Shown in pieces: positions 1-13,991 of a DNA stretch of 64,000 nt. The position numbers were made by a program, and so were the translations under genes. Source of the stretch: Adineta vaga (lineage: Eukaryota > Animalia > Rotifera); assembly GCA_021613535.1 (NCBI GenBank), contig CP075495.1, positions 10,540,001 to 10,604,000 of the forward strand. Reading direction: 5' to 3'. The stretch's first letter is position 1, and every line of letters begins with the position of its first letter. Below the pieces are notes generated by a model, which had not been told where the DNA came from, searched no databases, and was given only the letters and a program-made list of their open reading frames with translations.

Positions 1-1073
1 GTTGTACGTGTACATGGATCGAATGTAGAGGATGAAATCATGACTATGGAAGATAATACAAATTTAGTTGATTCAAAAGGATCTGTAGATATTCAAGATG
101 GAATTGACAATGATGATGACGATGATGATGCTAATGAATCTAATGATCAACAAGTTGGTGGAATTATTGGTTCAGCCATTCTTGATTTAGCAAAGAGAGT
201 TTTTCGTCGACCAGCTGTTCGAGATACTTTATCAACAACATCACATCCTACAACTTCGGAAAGTGTATTAAAACCAGATTGTCATCGAACAGGTTTAAAT
301 AGTTCAATAATAAATGATACAATGAATTCTTGGCATCGAAGCGATACATTTAAACAATGCATTGCGAAATTTCTTGATGGTTTATGGTCAAAAGTCGATA
401 CATGTACAATTTATTTATCACAGATTTGTTTTGATTTCAATTATTGTTGTCAATGTCCATTAATACGCAAATATATCCGATCGTTTGATCAATACGACTA
501 ATAATCGAAGAATTTCGACATTAAATATCTATGCAAATCCGTGTGGTTATTATCATATACTAACAAATCAATTTATATGTAAAAAAGAGAAAATTATTGA
601 AGTTAATAAAACCATATCAACCCATTTAAATGGTGATATTACTCAGGAGTTAATAGAAAAAAATATTACGTTTGATAAGAATGAAACTATGACGATGAGT
701 AATGAAAGTAAGTACATCTAATATGAACTTGTCCATTGTTACGAAAGTATAACTATATATTTTAGCTGAAAATACAATTAATAATCAATCGATATCAAAT
801 CTAAATAGTAGTACCATCGTCAGTGAAAATCAAACTCATTCAATAACAAATCGTTCGAATAATCAATCTTCTCCTACACATATATCTGATGAACAAACAT
901 TGATTATCGAATCACAAATACTGTCAAATAAAACCAATGAAAGTTCTTCTCAATCTTCTTCGAGTGAATCATCCAATATCGATATTGATATACCTGAACA
1001 ATCGATTGAAACAAATATCATTGATGAAACGAGTGCTCCTACTGAAACAGCAACAGTACCATCAAATTTATTC

Positions 1074-1105
<32 letters not shown>

Positions 1106-1945
1106 AGTAATACCACCACTTCTATCAAGTCCATGGTTAAAAGGCATGTTAGTCAATACAAAATCTATCCCTGAATTATTTAAAATCATCGAAAAATTGA
1201 ATTTTAATTTAACATTAAGTAATCGTTATTTACAGGAACTTAGTCAACATTATGTGTAAGTTTTTCCTCATACTTATTTTGATATTTATTCAATAAATTC
1301 GAATATTTAGAAAGAAACTAGATGAAACACAACAAACAACTGATCTTCTTCTCAAAGCATCGAAAAGTGCCGATGAAAAAGTAAGTTTTTTCCTCTTATT
1401 TTTGTTTTTCGTATGTCTTCAATTTTCATTTGATTTTAGTTCGAATATCTCGAAGATCAATTATATAAATTACAGGAAAATTTCACTGATGTTTCTTATC
1501 GTTTGATTAAACTCGAAGCTTGGATTCCTTTGATTGTGACTATTATATTTTGTCTATTTATTTGGTCTTTGTGGACAACATGTCGTTTGATGCGTGTACG
1601 ACGAAAATTGAAATTTTTTATTGCAGAATACGAAAAATTGAGAACTGGTTCGTTTACATTCTTCGATCTTACAAATCTTCTTATGCATATATTTTAGTAA
1701 AACAAATCGAGAAAGATGATGATGAAGATGATGATGATGTTGGTGATTCTCCAATACTTTGTAATGGTATGAGTAAACGAAAATTATCAACAGATTCAAG
1801 TGATTCAGTACCTAGTCGTTCTCAACGTGTACCTGATTTAACATTGAGTAAAATTCAAGAAAATGTTATTGAAAAAACTAAACATGAAACGAAAAGAAAA
1901 TCATCAAATCCAACACGACATTTATTACCACTGAGTACAATTTAA
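1..1945 (+). CDS. SUCO: SUN domain-containing ossification factor-like protein, 3' part (5' end outside window); multi-exon, with an apparent frame break near 460-470
   Basis: IEKLNFNLTLSNRYLQELSQHY-RKKLDE matches the SUCO/SLP1 coiled coil ([25 protein letters not shown]) and is followed by a TM segment (WIPLIVTIIFCLFIWSLW). GT-AG introns at about 708-765, 1256-1310, 1381-1439 and 1648-1697; stop at 1945. Confidence 0.75.
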
Positions 1946-2825
1946 TCAATTATTTCAATAATTTGTTTTTTGTTTGTTTTGTTTTATTTCTTGTGCATAT
2001 TTATTTCGAGATTTTTCTTTTCATCATTGATATTTCTGAAAGAAAACGACTTCTTCAACTTCTTGTATTATTTTGCATCTCATATCAGTTGATTTCGTTT
2101 TTCTTCTCTTCTTCGGATTGCTATTATGATCAACAATATTTTTCTTTCCTTTTGGTTCATTTGATCTGACTATTTTTGTTCGATTGACACATTTTTTTTC
2201 TTCTTCTCTTGTTTGTATGTAAATATTATTTTATTTTCTGCAACAATGTGAATATTTCACAAAGAAAAACGAATAAAATGATATTATATCATTAATTATA
2301 TTAATAAAATCTTGATTTTGAAAGAGATTTAAAAAACATATTCTTTGAATGAAAATGAACAAATGTGAGAAAAACCTTCTACGGTCAATCTTCTTCAATG
2401 GTTTCTTTTTTTCAATTTTGAATTCAATCAAGTTTTTGTATCCAAATATATATATATATGTTACGGTTAGTTATTCGTTCGACACGCTCAAATGGTTTTG
2501 AATAAATTGATAATTGAGTTTATTTGATAACGTAATTATTAATTTCAATTTTTTTAATTTTAATTTTAGTAGAAGATAAATTTCTTTCTTATCGCCATTA
2601 TTTCTCCTCCTTGAATACTATGTTAAGTAAAAATATTTTTAGACAAATGCTCCAAATTTCTCATTGGTTGTATTTGAATTACCAGTCACTTTTCGTAAAG
2701 TGGAGTTAACACACACACACAGTCCGGTACAACATTAACATATAAGAATGATAAGAAACAATGTATTTGATATTTTCTTTGTGTTTACAGATTTTCATCT
2801 TTTCATTTCATTGATTTGAACAAAA

Positions 2826-5652
2826 ATGCCTTCGAATGAAACAAATTGGACAACAGTTCCAGGAAAAACAAAAACCAAAGCAGCTCCATCTTCAACAACT
2901 AAATCAGCAGCAGCAACAGCAGCACCTATTATACCCAAAGCTGAAGTAAAATGTATGACTCAATTATTCATAAAGAAAAGCATAGTATTAAATCTTTGTT
3001 TTTCTAGTAATTAAACTTTCGGACAGTGCATTTAGTTCGATGAAAGATCGTATACCAGATGAAAATGATGAAAATCAAACCGTCGTTTCTAAAATACCAA
3101 AACCAACAGCAACTAATGAAAAACATTCGTCAGTAAAATCAACAAAATCTACAAAACCAACATCAACCGCATTAACATTAAAACAAACACTTCAAAATGT
3201 AAATTTAAGAAAATTTTATTCATGTAGTTTCATGTTTTATTTTTGTATAGCTTAATGTGGATGAATTGAAAGAATTATATTCTACATCAAAGGATAATAC
3301 ATCTGTATGGGTTGAGAAGATTTGCTATTGGTTTATTAAACAATTCAAAGAAGTAACATCTGGTTTAAATGATCCAACTTTTGCTAAAGAAGCAAATCAA
3401 GGTAATTGAATACGAAAGAAATTCTCAGAATAATTTTCTTCTTTTTTCTGTTTGATAGAATACCCATTGAATGCATTATCGTCATCAGTTCGAGCTTATT
3501 TAAAAGAAATTTTTGATACGCAATCAAAATTAAAAGCAATAACACTCTGTCGAAATGGTCTTCTTAATCCCAATGCTGGTAAATCAAAAACTAATATTTG
3601 GATTTGAATTTCTTTTTTTTTATTGTATCTTATTCAGACATTAATGGAATTGTTGGTTATCAAACATTATTGCAATATTTTCTTCGTCATCTTGATGAGC
3701 GACCAACTGATTCATTTCTTCATGATATTGATGAAGTATTTGTTACTTTTTGGAAAAAAATAATATCTAAACAAATATGTTTTCGAATTGATTTAGTTAT
3801 CGACATCACTCAAACGATATCCATCAGATAAAGTACTTCGATTACTTTGGGCTTATAATCAATTACAATATGAACATCCTGGTTTAGCATTAGATAGTAA
3901 GTCAATATAGTGAGAAATTTCTTGATGATATTATGTGGTTTTTTTAATAGTATGGTTTCGTTTGATGTTTCCATTGATTGCAAATCGAACATATAATCAA
4001 TTGGTTGTAGAAAATCTATCTCAATTAACATCGTAAGAATGTGTATTAAGTTATTTAGTATTCTTTCGATAGGATTGATCGTTTAGACGAGATGTGAAAA
4101 ACAAAAAATTTCTTCGAACAGATGAAGTATTTCCTGTTGAATCATACTTGAAACTACTTGATTTTATTGATCGACCAAATCCAGCATTAACACGAGAAAT
4201 GAGTGCATCATTGACTAAAAGTGCAAATACTTTATCCGTAAGAGAAATGAATTTTTTTTCTCGAATATAAATTTCAATTTTGAATTCGAATTTATATAGG
4301 AATTATTTGTGAATAATAAAAAAAACCTATCACAACATTCAACAGAATATTTCGAAGCTCTTTATCCACATGTTTATACTGATAAACAACGATCACCAAA
4401 GACTCAATCAATTGTAAGGAAATTAATCAATATGTTCTCGATTTTCTTCTATAAAACAATCATTTAGATTGATCGTATGATTGTTGCTTGTTTTACCGAT
4501 CAATCAATCATTAAAACATGGTTAAAACTTCATAAGAAGTATCCTCTAAGTTCATTGTACGTAGTAATATTTATCCAAATTCATATTTGAATTGCTTTCT
4601 TCTTCCTAGAAATCTTTTATCATTACTACATACGAATGAATCATCAATACCGGTTTTATCATCTTCAAAAGAATTTCGAACAATTGTTCAACAATTACGA
4701 ACGATTTCCAATGAAGAAAATGATTCTACTAATCATAAAGAATTTTTACAGGCTTACGCAAAAAATGTAAAACATAAGATAAAATTTTTCTTGAAAAATA
4801 AATTCTTATCTCTTTTACCAGGATACAGTCGTGGTCAAGAAACGACAAACACGTTCAAAATCAAGAATTGGTTCTATTCTGAAATTCCTCATTTTTCTCT
4901 TTTTTGCATACACAATCTATTCAAATTGGTTATGGTTAACAGTTGCTACTGATTATTTACTCGAAGGTTCGATGAAGGATTTTTAGAAAAAAAAAATTAG
5001 ACTTATTTCTATAGATTATATGAAGCATCCAACAGCGATTGTGATTAAAGAACATTTATCTAATGCTTGTCGAGAAACAAAGAAATTAACTACGTCATCG
5101 ATAAAGTAAGAAATATTTGTAATTGTTTTATTTTGATTTCGAAAAATATCTTGTAGACAAGGCGAAGAATTTCTTCGTACAAGTTTAATAAAAATGGAAC
5201 CGTATATTATTCAGTTTGGACAATATATACAAAAACAATGGACACTCTTATTAAAATATATTGAAGGACCTGTCTATGATAAGAGTATTGAAATAGCTGA
5301 ACAAGTGTGTTTTGAAAGATTTAATTAATTCTATAATATCTTTCTTCTTCTTCTTCTTCTTTTCATAGATTCAACAATTATCACTTATTATTTTTAATCA
5401 AAGTGTTCATTACTTGAAATTTTTCTTCGATATGGCAAGTTATTATACTGCAAATTTAGCAAGTTCAACTGAAATCTATATAAAACAACTCTATGCAATT
5501 CTTCAAGATAAATGGGAACAGTAAATAAATACTAGATTACCATTTATATAGTGTTTCTTATAATTATTCTGATTTGATGATTTAGTTTTGATTTTACACA
5601 ATTACGTGACAAATTTGATCAACTTCGCATGCGTCTCACCAAATCAGTTTAA
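2826..5652 (+). CDS. TMEM214: Transmembrane protein 214-like, multi-exon
   Basis: N-terminal WTTVPGK resembles TMEM214 WEVVKK. Also EYPLNAL and RLLWAYNQLQYEHPGLALDIWFRLMFPLI, resembling TMEM214 LWALGQ...GLKVWLGIMLP. C-terminal hydrophobic segment; ends ...RLTKSV* at 5652. Confidence 0.65.
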
Positions 5653-5947
5653 TTGAAATGGACATAACAGGAAAAAAAAACTCTCATTCGTGCGCTTATT
5701 TAAAAAATAAAGCAGAAAAATGAATTACTATAACTCTGTTTCTTTTTTCTTCTTTTTGTTGTAATCATAATCTCATCTATATGTTTCTTTGGTGGTTCGT
5801 CTCTTTCTTTTTATTCTGGATAGTCATATCACAAAGCAAAAAAAAATATCTTAAGTTTTATTTCAAATAAATGTTTTACAAAAAGAGGCACGAATGTTGC
5901 AACTAGTTGTTTACTTATTATTCTATTCGATTGTCTCTTATTTTAGT

Positions 5948-6884
5948 ATGACATTATTGCGAATTCTTTGTTTACATGGTTATCGACAAAATGGAAACAT
6001 GTTTCGAGAAAAAACCGGTTCATTTAGGAAATTACTAAAAAAACACGTGGCTGAATTTGTTTTCATTGATGCACCACATGTTATTCCTACACAGGAAAAT
6101 ATGAATGAACAGGATACAAATGCCACTGCATCAAATCGATCAAATGAACGCGGTACTCATCTCCATAAATATATATCTATATATAAGAGTTACAATAAAC
6201 ACAAAAAAGAGTAGTAATAAAATTGTACCTAAATGCACAGATCGATCTGAAATTTTACATATACGTATTATTATTAGATGAGATCTAGTCGTTAGGAATC
6301 GCGTTGTCTTTCGTATTAACGTGTGATATATATATATATATTCTGATCGCATGTTTGACTGCTTCAATTCAACTTAATTTGAAATTGCATATATAAAGAT
6401 CTATCACTTTCCTCTTTTTTCAGGTTGGTGGTTTTCTTCTTCTGATCAAACGTACGATCCATTAGTATCGACTTCATGTGATCAAGGTTTTAATGAATCG
6501 TTAGATTACGTTATGAAATACATTAATGATCAACAAGTTCCATTCGATGGTTTATTAGCTTTTTCTCAAGGTGCTGCTTTTGCCACATTACTTCTTACTC
6601 GTTTTCAAACAACAAATTATCCTTTTCGATTTGTTATATTAGTTGCTAGTTTCAAAAGTGGTCAAGAACAGCATCTATCTATGTATAACGATCTACGAAT
6701 TGATCTACCTAATTTACATGTCATTGGAACTGATGATCGTGTTATTCCTTGTCATATGTCAGAGACTTTAGCTAGAGAATATTTCAATAATGCTGAAATC
6801 TTACGACATAGTGGTGGTCATTTCATACCGACAACTCCGGAGGCGAAATCATTTTACATACAATTTCTCGATCGTTTTCTCTGA
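5948..6884 (+). CDS. OVCA2: FSH1-family serine hydrolase (esterase OVCA2); exons 5948-6152 and 6424-6884
   Basis: LRILCLHGYRQN, FIDAPH, spliced RGWWF, nucleophile motif AFSQG, LHVIGTDD and HSGGHFIP. ATG at 5948 follows a TTTTAG acceptor. Confidence 0.9.
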
Positions 6885-6939
6885 TATTTGTTTTTTTTGT
6901 TTCTAGATCATTTTCATATCTTTAACATAATCTATCAAT

Positions 6940-8645
6940 ATGCCGTAAGTGAATGTGTCTGATTCGTCTAAATAGGGTGTAAATCATTCGTTTTTGTCGA
7001 ATATAGATCATTAGCTGGTAAGACAATTTTTATTACGGGTGCATCACGTGGTATTGGTAAACAAATTGCTTTACGATGCGCACGAGATAAAGCAAATATC
7101 ATTGTTGCTGCTAAAACAACTGAACCACATCCAAAATTACCAGGAACTATCTATACAGCAGCCGAAGAAAGTAATAGTTTTTCAACATTAAAATTTAATT
7201 TATTCGTATGTCATCAATATATATCTAGTTGAAAAGGCCGGAGGAAAATGTTTACCATGTGTTGTTGATGTTCGTGATGAAGCACAAGTTATTAAAGCTT
7301 TTGAAGAAGCTGCTAAAAAATTTGGTGGAATTGATATTTTAATCAATAATGCATCGGCTATATCTTTAACTGATACACCAGCAACGCCAATGAAACGTTA
7401 TGATTTAATGCATTCAATTAATGCGCGTGGTACCTTTCTTTGGTAAGTTAAAGAATATGTTGTTTAATCAATGATTAACATCAAAGTTATGATTTTCGTA
7501 AAATACATTGACCATTCCAATATATATTTGAAATCAAACTTCTCTTTACATATGAGATTTTTTGTTGATCTACATTTCTGTCATATTTTAAGAGTTTTAT
7601 ATATAATTCCATATTCGTTTTAGCTCAAAAGTTGCAATTCCATACTTGAAGAAATCTTCCAATCCTCATATTCTCATGAATTCTCCACCAATATCATTGA
7701 ATCCATTCTGGTTCAAAAGTCACGTTGCTTATACAGTCGCTAAATACAATATGTCTTTATTTGCTCTTGGTCTTTCAGCTGAATTACGTGAATCTGGTAT
7801 TGCTGTGAATACTCTATGGCCAAAAACAGGTAAGAAACTTTCTTTTTATTCTGTTCTCTCTCATTTTTTGTCTATATAGCAATTGATACCGATGCTATTA
7901 ACTTAATCGCTGGTGAAGATTTTCGAAAACGATGTCGACGACCAGAAATTATGGCTGATGCTGCTTATGCTATTCTTACACAAGATAGTCGATCATGTAC
8001 TGGTAATTTTTTTATTGATGAAACATTACTTCGTCAACAAGGTGTTACTGATTTCGATCAATATGCTGTTGTACCTGGTACTACGGATTTTATGCTTGAC
8101 TTTTTTCTTGATGAAAATATGTCTCAATTAAAACGTGAACAATCTCCAATGGGCAAACAAAAATCAGAAGCTGGTCCAACGAGTGGAGGATCGACGAATG
8201 TCGGAGAAATCTTTGATAAAATAAAAACACTATTAAAACCTGAATTATTGAAACAAATCAATAGCGTCTATACATTTGATTTACAAGGTGAAAAAGATTT
8301 TAATAAAATGAAATTCAGTTAGAAAAAATGAATGAGTTTTTTTTTATAGGAGATAAATGGTATTTAGATATGAAGAATGATAGTGGAAGTGTTGGTCAAG
8401 GTGAACCACCATCTGGCAAAGCACAATGTACATTTAAAATGTCAAAAACTGATTTTGCATCTATGTTTGCGGGAAAATTAAAACCAACTGCTGCATTTAT
8501 GGGTGGTAAATTAAAAATTCAAGGTAGAAGTTAACAATTTCGAAATAAATTTATATCGAATATTTTTATTTTATTCTCAGGTGATTTACCTACGGCTTTG
8601 AAATTGGAAAAACTTCTCAATCAAATGGTAAAATCGAAACTTTAA
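6940..8645 (+). CDS. HSDL2: Hydroxysteroid dehydrogenase-like 2 (SDR plus SCP2 domain), peroxisomal
   Basis: SLAGKTIFITGASRGIG, AAKTTEPHPKLPGTIYTAAEE, YTVAK catalytic motif, NTLWPKTAI, SCP2 motif KPTAAFMGGKLKIQGDL, and C-terminal SKL (PTS1) before TAA 8643-8645. Confidence 0.95.
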
Positions 8646-8817
8646 CATATGAATGAGACAAATATTTTAAAGACTTTATTTACTTCTTTCGTTTTTTTAT
8701 TATTAACTTTTCATGATTAACGCAATAGAATCAGTGACGAAGAGACAAAAAGGAAACATCTTTAAGATTACATTTTCTTCATACTTTTGTCTTTCTCTAT
8801 TAAATAAATTCTTTTTT

Positions 8818-10014
8818 TTAACATTCTCCATCGTTTTCAGTTTGTTGTGGACGTGTAAGAATATCTAAATAGAAAATATCGTTCATTACTTGAGAATAAC
8901 TTGGTAAAGAATCGTTTCCAGTTGTTGAACAATAAGTAAAGTGATTTTGAAGATGTATAGAATCAGTTACTTGTAATGATTCATTGAGATGATTTTCATT
9001 CACTACTTTTTGTCTATCACATTTAAATAATATACATGCAAGTAGATCAAAACAACGACGAGCACAATAACGTAAACATAAACCAATAATGATGCCAATG
9101 ATACAACCCAAAATAAATAAACAAATGATTTGTCGAGCAAAGATTGATGATGATGATGATGATTGTTCATCATTATTAAATGTTGAATCAAAGAGAAGAA
9201 GATGATCACATACTAGTTCTTCATTGATTTTTTGTATATCAACATTTCGTAAAGATAATGGCGTTTCACATTGACCACTTAATGTTTGAGAGGGTTCATC
9301 GAGAAGAAATAATGTACGATAATGTTTTAATGAATTGAGTAGATCATTACATGCACAATGCCAATGATTATTCAATAATTGAAAACGATCAATTGATGGA
9401 CAAATACCCATGATTGTCAGTTGTAATTGTGTAAATGATAGAAGACCACGATTATGATTGAGATAGATTTGTTTTAAAAGACATGAATTGAATTCCGAGG
9501 TACTATTTTGAATTCGAATATAACCGATAGAATTAATTCCATTATGTGATAGATCAATAATATGTAATGGTATTAATAACCAAATTGGTTCAACTGTTGT
9601 TAAAAAGTTTAAGGAAAGATTTAATGAAATTAAATTTTGAAAAAATTGAAAATCACGACTATTTATAGTTATTAAACGATTTTGTGATAGATCAAGATGA
9701 TGAATAAATTTCAAATGTGACCAAAATGGTAGAATTGTTACGGATGTTAATGCATTGGTACGTAATGATACATTTTGTAGATTGGAAAATAAATGAAATA
9801 GATTATTGGACAAAATATATCCACCTGATTCAATCCATTCAAAATTGATTATATGAGAATAATTCGAATGATTATTCGATAGAATATTACTATCAATAAA
9901 AGATGTTTGACGACATCGAAGTTGTTCAATTGAAATATAATCACATGGAATGGAAGACGAAAGATATTCAGCAGTCGTGAAAGAAAAACCAACGAGAAAA
10001 TAAATGATAAACAT
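8818..10014 (-). CDS. Single-exon type I membrane leucine-rich-repeat protein
   Basis: Signal peptide; LRRs (LDLSQNRL, LNLSLNFL, IDLSHNGI); LRRCT (NHWHCAC...CETP); TM IICLFILGCIIGIIIGLCL; short cytoplasmic tail with LPSY. Confidence 0.85.
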   Translation of the reverse strand: MFIIYFLVGFSFTTAEYLSSSIPCDYISIEQLRCRQTSFIDSNILSNNHSNYSHIINFEWIESGGYILSNNLFHLFSNLQNVSLRTNALTSVTILPFWSHLKFIHHLDLSQNRLITINSRDFQFFQNLISLNLSLNFLTTVEPIWLLIPLHIIDLSHNGINSIGYIRIQNSTSEFNSCLLKQIYLNHNRGLLSFTQLQLTIMGICPSIDRFQLLNNHWHCACNDLLNSLKHYRTLFLLDEPSQTLSGQCETPLSLRNVDIQKINEELVCDHLLLFDSTFNNDEQSSSSSSIFARQIICLFILGCIIGIIIGLCLRYCARRCFDLLACILFKCDRQKVVNENHLNESLQVTDSIHLQNHFTYCSTTGNDSLPSYSQVMNDIFYLDILTRPQQTENDGEC

Positions 10015-11314
10015 GATTTATTTCAAGTGCCATATTAGTTGATAATGATGGGACTGGTCAAAGATGAGAAACGTTTCTATTTTGAACATATGAAAAAGTC
10101 ATTTAAACTTACTTGTTTCGAAGACATTCTTTCTCTAATGACACATTCCTCAATGTTCATATATGCAACATACTTTAGATTGTTGTTGTTTTTTTATCAA
10201 TGTAAAACGAGAGATCATCATTGTAAGATGTAACCAATAACCTTCTAAATGTGTATGGCTTTTTTATTTGAATACTTTCTCTCTCTTTCTCTCTTTTTCT
10301 TCTTCCTCTTTTCTTCTGTTATGTCATAGTCATAGATCTTTCAAAGGTCATTCAATTGTACAAGTTTTATGTGCGTGTGTCCAGATTGATTGTAAAGAAA
10401 GAATAGAAATGTATGTACATGTTGAGCTTAATCATTGTGATAAGCTACTAGTCATTGAAGGAGAAAAAAAAGAGATTGAAATAACACCTCAATTAATACG
10501 AATAAGAAAGTATATATATATTCATGATATGATGTTATTTAAATAGGAGATACAAATCTTTTTCTTTTCTTTGCTAATGAAAATAAACAATATGAAAATG
10601 ATTTGATGTATCTTTAAATATTGACCTGAATGGAAGAGAATGTTCAAAAAACGATTGAACTAATATTAATATTCAAGTTTAAATCAACATTAGGGTAATT
10701 AATTCAACAATGCAAATAAATAGCAACTTTTGAAGGTTAATCAATTGAGTAACTAACATGATCTTCTATTTATTACATCATTTCATTGTATATATAAGAC
10801 TTATGAAGGATTCCTTTAACATTTTCAAAAGACAAACAATATTCATGGATGTTGTTTTTATGTATTTTGAAATGTTTACGGAAAACTTGACGATTAAGAA
10901 AACCACTTTACCTAGAACGTAGTGACACACGATAGTTGAAATCTTGAATGACTTATTGCACTCTTAGATATTTGCTTCTAGCAATGCGACTTGTATCGAT
11001 CTTTACTGGATTAGAAAAAAATACTTTCTTTTAATTTCTTCTGAACCTTTTGAATGATTAAAAAGGTCTTTCATTGCTTTGGTCAACAATAATCTGGAAA
11101 TCATAATACTTGAGGATGTTTCACTAAAATAAATCGAATAACAGATTTTAGTGACATCTTTCTCCAGTCAATCAGATATCAATTGGTCTATTCAGTCAAT
11201 TTGATCGAATGACACACGCACACACATATACACACGTTCTCGCTCGCATACATACGGTTGATTAGTTAGGTCGTCTTTTTTTCATTGATTACAAAATTTT
11301 TATTTTCAATCAAT

Positions 11315-13015
11315 ATGTCTCAACAACAAACAGAAAAACAACGTTTAGTCTATTCGATATTACAATTTCTCAATGATGAAATACAAGCCGAAACTTCGAA
11401 TTCTGAACGACGTGAGAGTTTGGAAGGTATATTAACTATTTTATATACGAAAATTATCTCAGTTGTATACGAATGATTCTGCTTCTTTAGTTGCTGTTCA
11501 ATGTCTAGAAACAGCTTATGAAGTATCTTTGTCAAATGCACAAAATCAGTCAACATTTGGTCCTGGTATAGATCTTCTATCATTGGTATCGGATGTTTCA
11601 TCAACAATGACACAGACTATGAACTTTACATCATGGTTAGGTGCTGCTACTGAACAACCTGTAAGATTTACTATTTCATATGGATATTTGAAGTTCTTCG
11701 AATGAGAGTATGTTATCTTTTGTTCTAGTCAATAAATATACCATTAACTGATGATATGCGACAACAAGCTGATAGATTAAAAAATGAAGGAAATGAATTT
11801 GTTAAACAAGAAAAATATAAAGAAGCTTTAGATGCATATAATTCAGCAATTCAAATTGATAGTAATAATGCTATTTATTACTGTAATCGGTCAGTTTAAT
11901 TTCTATTCTCTCAAATAAAAATCAATTATTTCATTTTATATAGTGCTGCTGCGCATAATAAATTGAACAATAATGATCAAGCATTAACTGATTGCTTTCG
12001 TTCAATTGAAATCGATCCAAATTATAGTAAAGCATATGGACGACTTGGGTATGTATATGAAATACATTCTACTATTAAATATCAATCGGTAACCAATGTG
12101 TCTGTTTATTTAGTGTTATTTATCTTTCATTAGACAAAGTCCATGAAGCACTTGATGCATATAAAAAAGCACAGACATTAGAACCAAATAATGAGACTTA
12201 TAAACAATCTATTCGAATTTGTGAAGATCGATTAATTGGAGCACCAGGAGGTGCTGCTGCAGCAGGAGCAGCAGGTGTAAGTTACTTTACAATCGTTGAT
12301 TATATTTTAGTATTATCTTCTTTTTTTGTTTGTATCTAGGGACCAAATCTTCAATCAATGTTTGGTTCATTATTAGGTGGAATGGGTGGAATGGGTGGAA
12401 TGAGTGGAATGGGCGGAATGGGTGGTGTTGGTGCTGCTGGTGGACCCGATATGATGTCATTTTTTAATAATCCATCATTAATGAACATGGTTTGTTGGTT
12501 TTTCTTTCTTTCTTTTGAAATAGAAAATATCGATATTGTTTACGATCAATAGGCGATGCAATTTGTTCAAAATCCTCAAGTTCAAGGATTGTAAGATGAT
12601 TCACGTTACAGAATAATATCATCGCTGTATTTGTTTTTATTATTTTAGAATGGCAAATTTAGTAACAAATTTAGGTGCACAAGAGGGTGGTGATGTTGGA
12701 TTAGAAACTCTATTACAAACGTCAGTTTGAAGAGAAATAAATTGTTTTTGTTTTTTTCTCAGAATTATATCTTTGATTTATATAGTGGTCAACGTATGGC
12801 TAGTGAAATCTCAGCTACTAATCCTGAACTGATCGAATCATTGCGACGTAATACAGGTAATCGAAATCAAACTGATGGGAATAATGATTCAACATCGCAA
12901 GATCATTCTAATGAATCATCAGGTATATTTCTAAGAAAATGATCGAAAAATATTTGTTCTGTTTTCTGTAGATACACATCAAAATTCAGATCAACATAAA
13001 CCTGCACCATCATAA
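11315..13015 (+). CDS. SGTA: Small glutamine-rich TPR co-chaperone SGT, multi-exon
   Basis: [10 protein letters not shown]...[14 protein letters not shown] dimerisation domain; TPRs [30 protein letters not shown]; Gly/Met-rich C-terminus with NPELIESLR. Confidence 0.93.
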
Positions 13016-13271
13016 TCATAAACTGTTTGTTATTCATTTTTATCTTTTGACTTTTGATTTGTTTGTTTTTCTTCTACTTCCATATTCGTGTGTTAACAGT
13101 ACATTCAGTTTTTGGTTTTGTTTTCTTCTCTCTATACACATTTATGCAATTCATTTACTTTCGGTTATTTTCCACTGATTATTGAAAAGATTTTGTTTAT
13201 GGAAAGAAGAAGAAAAAATAAATGTGCACACACAATAAAAATGAACGACAAAAGAAATTAATAATATGTTT

Positions 13272-13959
13272 TTATGTTAATTTTGCATAATAAGCCATTG
13301 AAGCAATTCCACACATATTTCCTTTATCTTTTACCAAACGAAAATAACCTTTTTCACCCCATTTTTCTGCCCATGAATTTTTTATAATCCAATAAGGCAT
13401 TTTCATTGCACTATCATAACCGTAACCAACAACTACCATAGCATGATCCATATCTTGTCGACGATTCGGACAACCAGATATTGATAAAACACCCGATTTA
13501 TAAAACATAAATAATTGAGAATCAGCATCGAGACCAATAAATATTGGTCCATAATCAACAAGAGCTTTAGCCATTGCTTTTTCATCACCTTCGGGTATTG
13601 CACCATATTCGATGTTACCGAGATTGATTTGATTGATTCCACTTGTTTTACATGTTTGTTTCTTTCCAGCATATGGATAAGATGCAAGTGTTGCAATTTT
13701 ACCACCTTGTCCTAATAGATAACGAATACTTGGTGGAAAATTTCCACCATTACAACCATTATTGCCATTACTAGAACAATCAGTAATTTGTTGTGGACTA
13801 AATTCAACTACAGTTGAAGATTTTGTTTTTATAGCATAAAGAGATTCTAAGACAGAAGCAGCAGCAAAAGCATAACAACATCCACAATTTTGTTGACTTT
13901 TAACACCGCTAACAACATTTTTACTACGCCAATCGAATGAACTTGTTGACTGAGCATTA

Positions 13960-13991
<32 letters not shown>

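Noticed and set aside
950-1189. Antisense ORFs with poly-Leu/Val (also 32757-32984 and 60341-60535)
   Set aside because: Shadows of AAT/CAA microsatellite-rich coding exons on the opposite strand.
6860-6945. OVCA2-HSDL2 fusion protein
   Set aside because: There is an in-frame TAA between the 6906 acceptor and the HSDL2 ATG, and OVCA2 has a complete C-terminus.
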